A stretch of DNA of 64,000 nt, taken from positions 4,192,001-4,256,000 of the forward strand of contig OZ257156.1 of the NCBI GenBank assembly GCA_965279375.1, read 5' to 3'. This document shows positions 9,730-19,384 of this stretch, in pieces. The notes beneath the pieces were generated by a model. The model saw only the letters and a program-made list of their open reading frames with translations, made no database searches and was not told the origin of the DNA. Positions within the stretch are counted from its first letter, which is position 1. Each line of letters begins with the position of its first letter. Position numbers and translations under genes: made by a program. The stretch is from Gemmatimonas sp. Its GTDB lineage: Bacteria; Gemmatimonadota; Gemmatimonadetes; Gemmatimonadales; Gemmatimonadaceae.

Positions 9730-11955
9730 TCAGAAGGCCTGGCCGAGTCCGAAGTGGAATACGAGTCGCGACAGCACACCACGCGACGACGACGGGCGAA
9801 ATGTCTCCGGGCATGAAAAAATGTCGCCCGGATCCACCGCGCTGGTGGAGACGGTGTTACCCGGGCTCGCACACTGAATGGTGCCGCTGTTGCCGTTGGA
9901 GTCGCCCTTGGTGAAGTACAGGGCGCGTCCCATACGCGGCGCGTAGGGCGAGTAGCCGATGTCCACACGGAACGGACCAACGGGCGTGCTCAATCGTAGG
10001 CCCGCACCAGGCGTGGCGCGCAAATTGGCGGTACGAAATGGCTCCGAACCGCCCTCCCACACGTTCCCCACATCGACGAACGCGGCGAACTGGAACTGCT
10101 GCGACAGAAACGGCAGCGCGCGCCGCCACTCGAGGTTCGCCACTGCCAGCGCCGTGCCCCCACGCGGCACCGCGCGATAGTCAGAGCCTGAATCCACCAC
10201 GACGATCGGCTCTCCCGACGGAGCGGTGGATGCCTTGACCTTGGTCACCGAATAGAGCAATGGGCCGAGAAGGTTCTGCTGAAATCCGCGTACCGAGTTC
10301 TGGCCGCCAGCAAACAGTCGCTCCTGCTGCGGAATCAGCGGCGAGCCGTCCACCAGCTCCGCGCCCGGGGCGAACGCACGCGCTCCCTGCGCGCGCACGG
10401 CAATCACGCCTCCGAACAGCCGCGCATACATCGCGCCCTCGCCAGACGTGCGATAGAAACGCAAGGACGACACCAACTGCGAAAACGTCTGACCAGCGCG
10501 CAGTTCGCCGCGCAATCGTGAACCGCGCGTAGGATTCGCCGCGTCGTTGGTGCGGTCGTACGCGGCCGAGCTGCTGATCAATCCGAGTCCACGTCCGAAG
10601 GCGGAGAGTACGTATTCCTCGGGGCGGCACAAGCCAAAGCGGGTGCACGATTCCAGCGGATCGGTGGTCGTCCGTCCGTTTTCGTACTGAAAGCCGCTCG
10701 ACCAGGTCAGTCGTCGGCTCACCTGCCCCGACACCTCGATCAACGAACCGATCGTGGTCTCGCGGAGATAGGCGAAGGGCTCTCCTCGGCGCTCGCTATA
10801 GATCGACAGACGCGGTGCGAGCGCGCGCCCGAACAGCTGCGAGTTGGAAAGCGTGCTGCCCACGTAGTAGTTGAGCTTCGCACTGAAGGGATCGTCGCGG
10901 AGCGCGCCCGAGCACAGCGAGGGCGCGAAGTCGGCGGGCGCGCCAATCCCGATCTTCGACGCCCGCGCCGACAGCTCGACCTTCCGCCCCACGCCCAGAA
11001 ATCCGCGATCGGTCAGGCGCAATTGCGCACGCATGCAGTCCTGCGTCGCCCAACCGATGCCGGTGCGCGCACTGCGCACCTTCGCTTCCGCAACTCCGAT
11101 CTTGAGATCGAGAGTCGAATCGTTCTTGGCATCGATCGGTGGCTCCGTGTCGATCAGCACCAGGCGAAATGCATCGGTGCGATAGAGCGCGCGTTGCGCT
11201 TCAACCAGCGAGGTCGCGCGAAACCTCTGGCCGGATCGTAACCGAATCAGACGCATCACGTCTGCGGTATCGATGCGCGGCTTGAGCGAATCCACATGTT
11301 GCACAGTGACAGTCAACGCGCCGAATCGCATGAGCCGTCCCGGCGCAAATCGCACCTCGATCGTCGCTTTTGCTGCGGCACTATCAATCGTGATCGTGTT
11401 GCTCGGGCGAGCGACGCGTGCGTAGCCCGCGTCGCGCAAGCGCTGCAGCGCGTCGGAGATGGCCGAATCCACTCGCACGCGGTCGAAGCTGCGTGTCTCG
11501 AGGTCGCGCAGCGCGATGTCGTAGGCAGGTCGTCCGGGCGCCGGTTCTGGAAGCCCCGTCGTCCGCACCGAATCGATCGTGGCGAGCGTGCCGGGCGAAA
11601 TGTCAAAATGGATGCGGAGCCCGTTGGACACCGTATCGTAGCGCGCCGCCACACTCGCGAGAAACCATCCGGCCTGCCGATGCAGCACGGCCAGCCGCAG
11701 CGCGTCGCGGCGGATTTCGAGTGTGTCCGCACACGGCAGTTGACCGATGTGCAGCAGGCGCGCGCGAAACCCCGGTCCCTGCGTCACGATCGTCGCCGCA
11801 AGGGTGGTGGCATCAAAGCGCGGGCTGCCGCTGAAACTGACCTTCTGCACACGCAACGCGGGCGCGCAGCGCGGCGCCGACTGCGCCGCGGATGCAGCCC
11901 ATGGCAGGCACAGCGCCAACAACGCGGCCGCGACGGTGCGACGGGCTCCGGTCAT
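9730..11955 (-). CDS. BamA/TamA family Omp85 outer membrane protein
   Basis: Signal peptide, POTRA-like N-terminal part, FAGGQNSVRGF motif, GLRLSTPVGPFRVDIG, C-terminal FGLGQAF. Confidence 0.9.
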   Translation of the reverse strand: MTGARRTVAAALLALCLPWAASAAQSAPRCAPALRVQKVSFSGSPRFDATTLAATIVTQGPGFRARLLHIGQLPCADTLEIRRDALRLAVLHRQAGWFLASVAARYDTVSNGLRIHFDISPGTLATIDSVRTTGLPEPAPGRPAYDIALRDLETRSFDRVRVDSAISDALQRLRDAGYARVARPSNTITIDSAAAKATIEVRFAPGRLMRFGALTVTVQHVDSLKPRIDTADVMRLIRLRSGQRFRATSLVEAQRALYRTDAFRLVLIDTEPPIDAKNDSTLDLKIGVAEAKVRSARTGIGWATQDCMRAQLRLTDRGFLGVGRKVELSARASKIGIGAPADFAPSLCSGALRDDPFSAKLNYYVGSTLSNSQLFGRALAPRLSIYSERRGEPFAYLRETTIGSLIEVSGQVSRRLTWSSGFQYENGRTTTDPLESCTRFGLCRPEEYVLSAFGRGLGLISSSAAYDRTNDAANPTRGSRLRGELRAGQTFSQLVSSLRFYRTSGEGAMYARLFGGVIAVRAQGARAFAPGAELVDGSPLIPQQERLFAGGQNSVRGFQQNLLGPLLYSVTKVKASTAPSGEPIVVVDSGSDYRAVPRGGTALAVANLEWRRALPFLSQQFQFAAFVDVGNVWEGGSEPFRTANLRATPGAGLRLSTPVGPFRVDIGYSPYAPRMGRALYFTKGDSNGNSGTIQCASPGNTVSTSAVDPGDIFSCPETFRPSSSRGVLSRLVFHFGLGQAF

Positions 11956-11997
11956 CGATATCGGGGGAGAATCATTCGCATGCGTGGGGCAATCTCA

Positions 11998-13092
11998 TCA
12001 GGGGGGCGTCTCGTCGCCATGCGACGGTGCAAGAACGCGACCACGCAGGCGCGCCGTGCGCCGTGTCTCGCCATGGGCGCAGATCCAGAGCGCGTCCGCA
12101 GGAAGCCCCGCATCGGCCCAGAGCGCCGCCGTCCGCTGCGGCGGTTCGTCCATCGGTTCGTCGGTGAGTTTGTACGTGCCCCAGTGAATGCCCAGCATCG
12201 GTGGCGGCGGCGCCGCGTGCTCTTCTCGCTGGACGCGCGCGATCGTCGTCCACGCGTCCACCGCTTCATCCGGATTCATGTGCACCCACGACATGAACCA
12301 CCGTGGCGCGTACGCGCCGATCGGAAGGAGCGTCAGATCGAAGGGGCCGAGTCGTCGCGCGATCGTTTCGAACTCGGGATGGTGCGCTGAGTCACCGGCG
12401 AAGAACACGCGGACATCATCCACCTCGAGCACCCACCCACACCACAGCGAACGATTCCGGTCGGTGAGCCCGCGACCGCTGAAGTGCTGCGCGGGAACGG
12501 CTGTGACGCGCACCGAGGCCGCGAGATCGTGCGAAGAGCCGTCCCACCAATCCAGCTCCGTGACGCGCCGCACACCGCATCGCTGCACCGCCGCCGTCAT
12601 TCCCAGCGGCACGCACCAGAGTGCGTCGGGGTTTCGCGTCGCGATGGCGCGTGTCGCGGCGACATCGAAGTGATCGTAGTGGTTGTGCGATTGCAGCACG
12701 ACGTCGATCGCCGGCAGGTCGGCGATGGCTAACGTCGGACGCACCCAGCGACCGGGCCCCGCCACTCCCAGCGGGCCAACGCGGCGAGCCCAGACGGGAT
12801 CGGTGAGGATCGTCAGCCCCGCGCACTGTACCAGTACCGTGGAGTGTCCAAGCCATGTGGCGGCAATGTCGGGTCCGAGCGAGGCACGTGTGGGAAGCTG
12901 CGGCTCCGCACGGGGGATCACGACGGCCGGACGCCCCGAGCGACGCGTACGGGCCCGCTGCGCGGCCCAGCGCAGCACGCTGCCGAGTTCACCCGGACGC
13001 CCCTTGGTGGGCCACGGGTTCTGAAAACCTCCATCCGCCCGATGATGGGCTGGGCGGTGCGATTGTCGTGACGACGGACGGTCAATAGCCAT
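11998..13092 (-). CDS. MBL-fold metallohydrolase (NAPE-PLD/RomA-like)
   Basis: WLGHST, LTDPVW, SHNHYDHFD, PAQHFSGR, FAGDS, PIGAYAP, IHWGT. Confidence 0.9.
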   Translation of the reverse strand: MAIDRPSSRQSHRPAHHRADGGFQNPWPTKGRPGELGSVLRWAAQRARTRRSGRPAVVIPRAEPQLPTRASLGPDIAATWLGHSTVLVQCAGLTILTDPVWARRVGPLGVAGPGRWVRPTLAIADLPAIDVVLQSHNHYDHFDVAATRAIATRNPDALWCVPLGMTAAVQRCGVRRVTELDWWDGSSHDLAASVRVTAVPAQHFSGRGLTDRNRSLWCGWVLEVDDVRVFFAGDSAHHPEFETIARRLGPFDLTLLPIGAYAPRWFMSWVHMNPDEAVDAWTTIARVQREEHAAPPPPMLGIHWGTYKLTDEPMDEPPQRTAALWADAGLPADALWICAHGETRRTARLRGRVLAPSHGDETPP

Positions 13093-13366
13093 ACGATCCG
13101 CTCAGTGGCAGATAGGGGTGCATCGTTACCTACGTGTCTGCATCATGGGCACGCGGAGCAGCGCAGTACACCGCAGCTGCGGAATAAAGCCGCCCACGAG
13201 GCCGTCTTGCCTCTCATCAACGATCTGTGCCGGTAGCGCGTGTCCGATAGCAGGAACGTCGGCAAAAAGTCGTTCGCGCGCTGGGGCGGATATTCATTGC
13301 CCATTCATCCGTTCGCGCTAGTCTTCTGTCTGCGTCTCGATTCTCCTCGTACCCGGATTCGCTCGC

Positions 13367-14008
13367 ATGATGCCCTTCTCCGACGCCGCGCTGGCGGTGT
13401 TCGTCGCGTGGAATGCCGCTCTTGGCGGCCCGGCGCGCACTTCTGAACCGTCGCCCGTGCTTGACCCGGCGCCGGTGGTGGTGCCTGCGCTCACCGTGGC
13501 GCGCCCTGCAGGTGTCACGTTCGGGCAGCAAGCCGACGTGCCGGCCGACACGGTGGTACGCCGCGCGCGAAAGAAGGCGATCGTCTACAGCGACGCGTAT
13601 GCGACGCGCCTCACGATCCACCGTCGACTCGCGTGGGCGATGCTGCCACTGTTCGCCGCGTCGTACATCACCGGCGACAAGCTGCTCGAAGATCCGTCGG
13701 GGGCGCCTTCATGGGCCAAGAATCTGCACGGTCCGGCCGCGACTGGATCGGCGCTGCTCTTTGGCGCAAATACAGTCACGGGCTACTGGAACCTGTGGGA
13801 AGGACGTCACGATCCCAACAATCGCACGCGCAAGATTCTGCACACGGTGCTCTTCTCGGCGGCCAGCGCCGGATTCGTCTATGCCGGCACGCAGCTCGCC
13901 GACGACGCCGAGCAGAGTCAGTCCAAGCGCGAACAACACCGCAATGTGGCACTCGGCTCGATGGGCGTCTCGACGCTCAGCTGGCTGATCATGCTCATCG
14001 GCAACTAA
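13367..14008 (+). CDS. uncharacterised membrane protein with four His-headed hydrophobic helices (possible b-type cytochrome)
   Basis: IHRRLAWAMLPLF, LHGPAATG, LHTVLFS, QHRNVALG; codon usage is consistent with a real gene. Confidence 0.7.
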   Translation: MMPFSDAALAVFVAWNAALGGPARTSEPSPVLDPAPVVVPALTVARPAGVTFGQQADVPADTVVRRARKKAIVYSDAYATRLTIHRRLAWAMLPLFAASYITGDKLLEDPSGAPSWAKNLHGPAATGSALLFGANTVTGYWNLWEGRHDPNNRTRKILHTVLFSAASAGFVYAGTQLADDAEQSQSKREQHRNVALGSMGVSTLSWLIMLIGN

Positions 14009-14018
14009 TCAGGAACGC

Positions 14019-14564
14019 ATGATCGATACCGCAGCGCTGATCGAGCAGGTCAGCACGATTGTTCAGCCGTGGGCTGACATGTATTCCAACAGCCCGACGC
14101 TCTCGACCGGCGTGATCACGGCCCACATCCTCGGCATGTTCGTTGGCGGTGGCATGGCGATCTCCGCGGATCGCGCGATCCTGCGTTCCAAGCCCGGCAC
14201 CGCCGATGCCGTCCGCGCCGTCGTGATGGACCTGTCCACGACACACTCGATCGTCATCGGCTCGCTCGCGCTCACGGTGCTCACCGGACTCGCGCTGCTG
14301 GCCTCCGACGTGGGGACTTTTGCGGTCTCACGGGTATTCTGGATCAAGATGGGGGCGTTCGCGATCCTGCTCATCAACGGCCTGCGCATGCAACGCGCGG
14401 AAAAGGCCGTCATGACAAGCCTGGACGGCGCACCGATCCGCACCGCAGAAATGCCAGTGCCCTTTCCCAAACAGGAATGGGCGGGCATTCACAGCTCGGC
14501 GTTCGTCAGCCTGGGTCTTTGGCTTCTGATCGTCGTCCTTGGCGTGGTGCTGACCAACGGGTGA
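14019..14564 (+). CDS. uncharacterised 4-TM membrane protein (CopD/DUF2214-like)
   Basis: AHILGMFVGGG, LTVLTGLALL, FWIKMG, SLGLWLLIVVLG. AGGA RBS upstream. Confidence 0.7.
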   Translation: MIDTAALIEQVSTIVQPWADMYSNSPTLSTGVITAHILGMFVGGGMAISADRAILRSKPGTADAVRAVVMDLSTTHSIVIGSLALTVLTGLALLASDVGTFAVSRVFWIKMGAFAILLINGLRMQRAEKAVMTSLDGAPIRTAEMPVPFPKQEWAGIHSSAFVSLGLWLLIVVLGVVLTNG

Positions 14565-14605
14565 TCCGCCCGATGGTCGAACGTCTACACTCAACACCTG
14601 CGAAC

Positions 14606-15112
14606 ATGTCCGAATCCGAACACGACGCCGCCTCCGGTTGCGGTGCCGACTGTTTTGTTGGCCGCCGAGCCTTTCTGCGCGATGCGATGACCGCAGCGGC
14701 GGTGATTGCTGGCGTGTCCGCGTTGGGCCCGATGCGCCAGCTCTCCGCGATGGAGCCGCGCTCCGCGGCCGGTACGGTGAAGTATCCGATCCCCGCAGCG
14801 GACAGCGTCTCGATCGACACGACGAACGAAGTGATTCTCTGCCGCAGCGCCGGCGAGGTCTACGCGTTCGCACTGTCATGCCCGCACCAGAACACCGCGT
14901 TGCGCGCGCTGCCGGGCAGCGGCGGATTCCAGTGCTCGCGCCACAAGTCGCGCTACCAGCCCAACGGCACCTTCGTCAGCGGCAAGGCGACGCGCAACAT
15001 GGACCGCCTGCAGATCAGCCGCGCGGGTGACACGGTCGTCGTGGATCCCGAGGTGGCGTTTCTAAGCGACGAAGAGCCGGACAAGTGGAACGCCGCCAAG
15101 GTCAAGCTCTGA
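14606..15112 (+). CDS. Tat-exported Rieske [2Fe-2S] protein
   Basis: GRRAFL twin-arginine motif; CPH and CSRH ligand boxes. Confidence 0.85.
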   Translation: MSESEHDAASGCGADCFVGRRAFLRDAMTAAAVIAGVSALGPMRQLSAMEPRSAAGTVKYPIPAADSVSIDTTNEVILCRSAGEVYAFALSCPHQNTALRALPGSGGFQCSRHKSRYQPNGTFVSGKATRNMDRLQISRAGDTVVVDPEVAFLSDEEPDKWNAAKVKL

Positions 15113-15146
15113 GCATTGCCAAGCCCGTCGCCATCCTGACCCCGGA

Positions 15147-15635
15147 GTGATCGTGAAGCCACTACCGCAACTGCCCGGCGCTGCTGCCGCGCGAATCGAC
15201 GACCTGCCGCCCTGCCTCGATCGCCGTGCCTTCATCGGCAACTCCACCATGCTGGCCATCGGCGCACTGCTTGCGACCGCCTGTGGCGACGGGCAGATCG
15301 GCGGCACGGTCACGGGGCCGGGCACCGTCGGCCTGTCGGTGAAGATCTCGGACTACCCGGCACTCGCCAACGTCGGCGGTATCGCCAAGCTGAATGGAAC
15401 CAGCACGCCGATCGCCGTTGTGAAGGCGACCGCGACAACCTTTCGCGCCTTCTCCATGATCTGCCCGCACGAAGGCACGGTCATCGGTATCAATGGCTCG
15501 GGCTTCCTCTGCCCCAACCACGAAGCCCGTTTCAACGGCACCGGCACGTGGCAAGGCGGCGAGCGCACCACCAATCTGAAAGAGTTCGCCGTGACCGCCG
15601 ATCTCACCGCCGGCACGCTGGCCATCAACAACTGA
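15147..15635 (+). CDS. Tat lipoprotein Rieske [2Fe-2S] protein
   Basis: DRRAFI Tat motif, LATAC lipobox, CPH and CPNH ligand boxes. Confidence 0.85.
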   Translation: MIVKPLPQLPGAAAARIDDLPPCLDRRAFIGNSTMLAIGALLATACGDGQIGGTVTGPGTVGLSVKISDYPALANVGGIAKLNGTSTPIAVVKATATTFRAFSMICPHEGTVIGINGSGFLCPNHEARFNGTGTWQGGERTTNLKEFAVTADLTAGTLAINN

Positions 15636-15744
15636 CCGCCAGCTCCGTCGCCGCGCAGCGTCGGCGATCGTTTTGTCGTAGCTTTTCGCGCGTCGCACTC
15701 CTCCGGGTGCGACGCGTTGTTCTTTCCGGCCTGCCCCGATTCCG

Positions 15745-17064
15745 ATGACACCCATGCGCCGTTTCGCCTCGTCCACTCGTTTCGCCGCACTCGCCGTTGC
15801 CGCTGCCACCACGGGCTTCGCCACGACGCCTCGGGCGCTGCGCGCGCAGCAGCGTGCCATGGCCGCGCCCAGCGCCGCGCTCCCTGCGATCGCCAAGTTG
15901 CCCAGCGTGCAGCAGGCGATGGCCACGATCGAACGCGACAACGCCTGGACACTCGACCAGCAGGTGTCGCTCTGCGAGATCCCCGCGCCGCCGTTCAAGG
16001 AAGCCGCGCGCGGCCGCGCCTTTCGCGACCGACTCGTTGCGCTCGGCGTGCAAAACGTGCGCATCGACAGCGAGGGCAACGTGATCGGTGAGGTGCGTGG
16101 CGCGCGTCCCGGTCCGACGGTGCTGCTCAGCGGCCACCTCGACACCGTCTTTCCCGAAGGCACGAACGTGAAGGTCAAGCGCGAGGGCACCAAGCTCTCC
16201 GCACCGGGCATCGGCGATGACTGCCGCGGTCTGGCCGTCACGCTGGCCGTCGCTCGACAGGTGATCAGCGCGAAGGTTCCGTTCGCGGGTCGCTTGCTGG
16301 TGGTGGGCACAGTCGGCGAAGAAGGCCCGGGCAATCTGCGCGGCGTGCGTGCGATCTTCCGCAGTCCGCTCAAGGATTCCATCAACGTCTTCCTGAGCGT
16401 TGACGGCACCGGCATCGGCATCACCAACGGCGGCGTTGGCAGCAACCGCTATCGCGTCGCGTATGTCGGTCCCGGTGGACACAGCTACGGCGCGTTTGGC
16501 ATGCCCAACCCGATTCACGCCATGGGTCGCGCCATCGCCAAGATCAGCGACCTGCAGGCCACGACCACGCCCAAGGTGACGTTCAACGTGGGCCTCGTCT
16601 CCGGCGGAACGTCAGTCAACTCCATTTCTGCCGATGGCACCATGGAAGTGGACCTGCGCAGCGAGTCGGCGACAGCGCTCGCCGAGATCGACGCGCAGCT
16701 GCAGCGCGCGCTGCGCAGCGCATTGGACGAGGAGCGCGCACGTTGGCCGCAGTCCAAGGTGCCGCTCAATCTGAAGATCGACACGATCGGTATTCGCCCG
16801 GCCGGCAGCACATCCGATACGAGCTTCGTCGTGCGTACCGCGCAGGCCGCAGCGAACGTGATGAACCTCTACGCGCCGCTCACGATCTCCAGCACCGATG
16901 CCAACATCGCGATGAACCTCGGCATTCCGGCCGTCACCCTCGACGGCGGAGGCATCGGCAAGGGCGCGCACTCGCTCGACGAGTGGTACGACGATCGCAC
17001 GGACGGCTTCAAGGGGCCGCAGTGGGTGCTGCTGGTCGTCCTCGGATTGCTCGGCGCTCGCTGA
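15745..17064 (+). CDS. secreted M20/M25/M40 family metallohydrolase
   Basis: GHLDTVFP, PGIGDD, VGEEG, GGHS, SSTDAN, AHSLDE. Confidence 0.9.
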   Translation: MTPMRRFASSTRFAALAVAAATTGFATTPRALRAQQRAMAAPSAALPAIAKLPSVQQAMATIERDNAWTLDQQVSLCEIPAPPFKEAARGRAFRDRLVALGVQNVRIDSEGNVIGEVRGARPGPTVLLSGHLDTVFPEGTNVKVKREGTKLSAPGIGDDCRGLAVTLAVARQVISAKVPFAGRLLVVGTVGEEGPGNLRGVRAIFRSPLKDSINVFLSVDGTGIGITNGGVGSNRYRVAYVGPGGHSYGAFGMPNPIHAMGRAIAKISDLQATTTPKVTFNVGLVSGGTSVNSISADGTMEVDLRSESATALAEIDAQLQRALRSALDEERARWPQSKVPLNLKIDTIGIRPAGSTSDTSFVVRTAQAAANVMNLYAPLTISSTDANIAMNLGIPAVTLDGGGIGKGAHSLDEWYDDRTDGFKGPQWVLLVVLGLLGAR

Positions 17065-17100
17065 CCCGCGGGCTACCCTAATGCAGCAACTCCGCGCGCA

Positions 17101-18015
17101 TCAGCGAAAGAGTTCCGCAAGATCCTGCACGAAGAGCGATCGCGTGGTTGGCTGTACTCCGGCCAGCCACGCCGCCTCGCCGATCAGTTGCGCTGGCGTT
17201 GCGCCGCCCTGACGGCGCTCACGCAATGACGTGTCGCCGTTGGCCTTGCTCAGCTTCGTGCCATCAGGGCGCAGGAGCAGTCCGTGGTGGCACAAGAGCG
17301 GCATCTGCGATCGTCCCATCAGTCGCGCCAACTGCTGCTGCCGTCCGGTACTTGCGGCCAAGTCTTCGCCGCGAATGATCACGTCGATTCCCTGCGCGGC
17401 ATCGTCGACCGTGACGGCGAACTGATATGTCCAGTTGGCGTGGCGATCGCGCACCAGCACGTCACCGCACTGGGCCGACGGTTGCTGCGACTGTACGCCA
17501 AGTCGCACATCATCGAAGACTTCGGTGTGCGGCGCCAGTTGCACACGACGCGCGAACGTTTGCGCAAACGACAAACCGCGGTCCCTGCACGTACCCGGAT
17601 ACCGAAGCTCCTCGCTTCTCTCGCGACCGGCGACCAGCGCGATGTCGCGGCGCGTGCAGTCGCAGGCGTAGACCAGTCCTGCTGCCTGCAACGACGACAG
17701 CGCGGCATCGTAGCGAGCGTTGGAGTCGGACTGTCGCGGCGCCTCGCTGTCGGCGTCGAAGCCGAGCCACTCGAGATCCTCACGCAACGCCTGTTCGTAT
17801 TCGGGGCGACAGCGTGTGCGATCATGATCCTCGATGCGCAGCACGATCTGTCCGCCGTACGCGCGTGCGATGCCCCAGACGTGCAGCGCGTTGACCAGAT
17901 GACCGAGATGCAGATAGCCGGTCGGTGCGGGAGCGAATCGGGTCTGCCATCCTGCTGCAGGCAGCATCGCTTTCAATCGTGCGACGAGCGCCGCATGCGG
18001 CGGCACGCGTGTCAT
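17101..18015 (-). CDS. gluQ: glutamyl-Q tRNA(Asp) synthetase (GluRS catalytic-domain paralog)
   Basis: RFAPAPTGYLHLGH, LRIEDHD, CDC...YPGTC Zn site, IRGEDL, KLSK; ~300 aa with no anticodon-binding domain. Confidence 0.88.
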   Translation of the reverse strand: MTRVPPHAALVARLKAMLPAAGWQTRFAPAPTGYLHLGHLVNALHVWGIARAYGGQIVLRIEDHDRTRCRPEYEQALREDLEWLGFDADSEAPRQSDSNARYDAALSSLQAAGLVYACDCTRRDIALVAGRERSEELRYPGTCRDRGLSFAQTFARRVQLAPHTEVFDDVRLGVQSQQPSAQCGDVLVRDRHANWTYQFAVTVDDAAQGIDVIIRGEDLAASTGRQQQLARLMGRSQMPLLCHHGLLLRPDGTKLSKANGDTSLRERRQGGATPAQLIGEAAWLAGVQPTTRSLFVQDLAELFR

Positions 18016-18022
18016 CGTGTCG

Positions 18023-18463
18023 CTACTTCCAGCTCACGATATCCGCAGCGTCGCCCGTGCCACCTGCAACGCCATCTGCCCCGTACGACAACAGGTCGTA
18101 GCTCGCAGGGTTGATGCGACCGGGCGCGACGTACACGTAGTCGTGTCCCCACGGGTCCTGCGGCACCGGCTTGCGCAGATACGGAGCGCGCCAGTTGTTG
18201 GGCGGATCGATGCTCGGTCGCTGCCACAGCGCACCGAGCCCCTGCGCCGACGTGGGATACGCGCCGTTGTCGAGGCGATACGCGTCGAGCGCCGTGCCGA
18301 ACGATTCGATCTGCGTCTTTGCGGTGGAGACTCGCGCATCGCCGACGTTTCGAAAGATGCTGGGCGCCACGAAGGTCGCGAGAATCGCGATCACGACGAT
18401 GACCACCAACACTTCGATCAGCGTGAAGCCTCGACGAGCACGCGTCATCTTGTGCGCCATCAC
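18023..18463 (-). CDS. gspG: type II secretion major pseudopilin
   Basis: RRG/FTLIEVLVVIVVI prepilin site, LDAYRLDNGAYP, DPWG, LLSYGADG. Confidence 0.92.
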   Translation of the reverse strand: MMAHKMTRARRGFTLIEVLVVIVVIAILATFVAPSIFRNVGDARVSTAKTQIESFGTALDAYRLDNGAYPTSAQGLGALWQRPSIDPPNNWRAPYLRKPVPQDPWGHDYVYVAPGRINPASYDLLSYGADGVAGGTGDAADIVSWK

Positions 18464-18476
18464 GGCGGCGCGACGA

Positions 18477-19196
18477 TCAGAGTCCGCGGGTACGGTTCGA
18501 ATCCGGTTCGAACAGGCGGGGATCCGCCCACCCGGTCACATCGGTGGACTTGACCAAGCGCCACCCTGCGCGCGTGGTGCCAAGCATTGCACGCGACGAC
18601 GGATTGATCACGCCGACCACGTTGCCACCGCGACTCGCATCGTTGCGCACGTTCACCCACGTGCGCGCGACCGCCGGCGTCCACTGAATCGAGTCACTCG
18701 CCGACGCGACCATGGTACCTGCGGCGATGCCGTCCGCCGTCACTGTGCTGTCCGTCGTCAACGCCGAGTCCACCGGCATGGTCTCCGACGGCGACGCTTC
18801 CGTGGGAGAAGCAACCTGCGCAACTGTCGCAACAGGAACACCCGAGACGTTGTTCTCCGTGCGCACGCCCGGTGCGAACACGCGCGCGATCACCAACTGC
18901 GCCGTGTCGCGAATGGGCGCGCGGTAACTCCACGCACCAAATCCGGTTGCACATATTGCAGCAACACCCGCCGCCACGCCCAGCACCTTGGACGACGGCC
19001 ACGAAGACGCGGGCTGCTCGCCGCACCAATGACAGGCGCGATCGCGCCGATGCATGATGCCGCAGCTGCGACATGACTTCAGTTGTGCGCGGAATCCGCG
19101 AGCGTCCGTGAGATCGAAGGCGGCGGCGCATCGCGGACATTGCGATGCAGCACTCAACGCCTTCGCCCCACACGCTTCACACCGGAGGTAACCCAT
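18477..19196 (-). CDS. double zinc ribbon + TM + SH3b-like domain protein
   Basis: Four CxxC motifs (CEAC, CPRC, CRSC, CHWC), one TM segment, C-terminal WVNVR...GWRLV...GW. Confidence 0.7.
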   Translation of the reverse strand: MGYLRCEACGAKALSAASQCPRCAAAFDLTDARGFRAQLKSCRSCGIMHRRDRACHWCGEQPASSWPSSKVLGVAAGVAAICATGFGAWSYRAPIRDTAQLVIARVFAPGVRTENNVSGVPVATVAQVASPTEASPSETMPVDSALTTDSTVTADGIAAGTMVASASDSIQWTPAVARTWVNVRNDASRGGNVVGVINPSSRAMLGTTRAGWRLVKSTDVTGWADPRLFEPDSNRTRGL

Positions 19197-19384
19197 AGCT
19201 CGTCAGCAGGTTCAAAGAGGAACCGGAAACATGGGACGAATCACGATTCTGCGAAACAGGGAGTTTTCGTCAACAGCCAGAATTTTGCACCTTGTGACGC
19301 CGTTGCGACATAGGGGAAACGCTGTTGCCTGCACTCGCGAATACCGCGCCCTGGTGTGCGTTGGATGGGCCGCGCTTCATCCGC

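Noticed and set aside
5196..11955. tamA-tamB pair next to a PEP-CTERM gene as a dedicated secretion system
   Set aside because: TamA/TamB adjacency is standard, and the PEP-CTERM gene has its own promoter, so no link is evident
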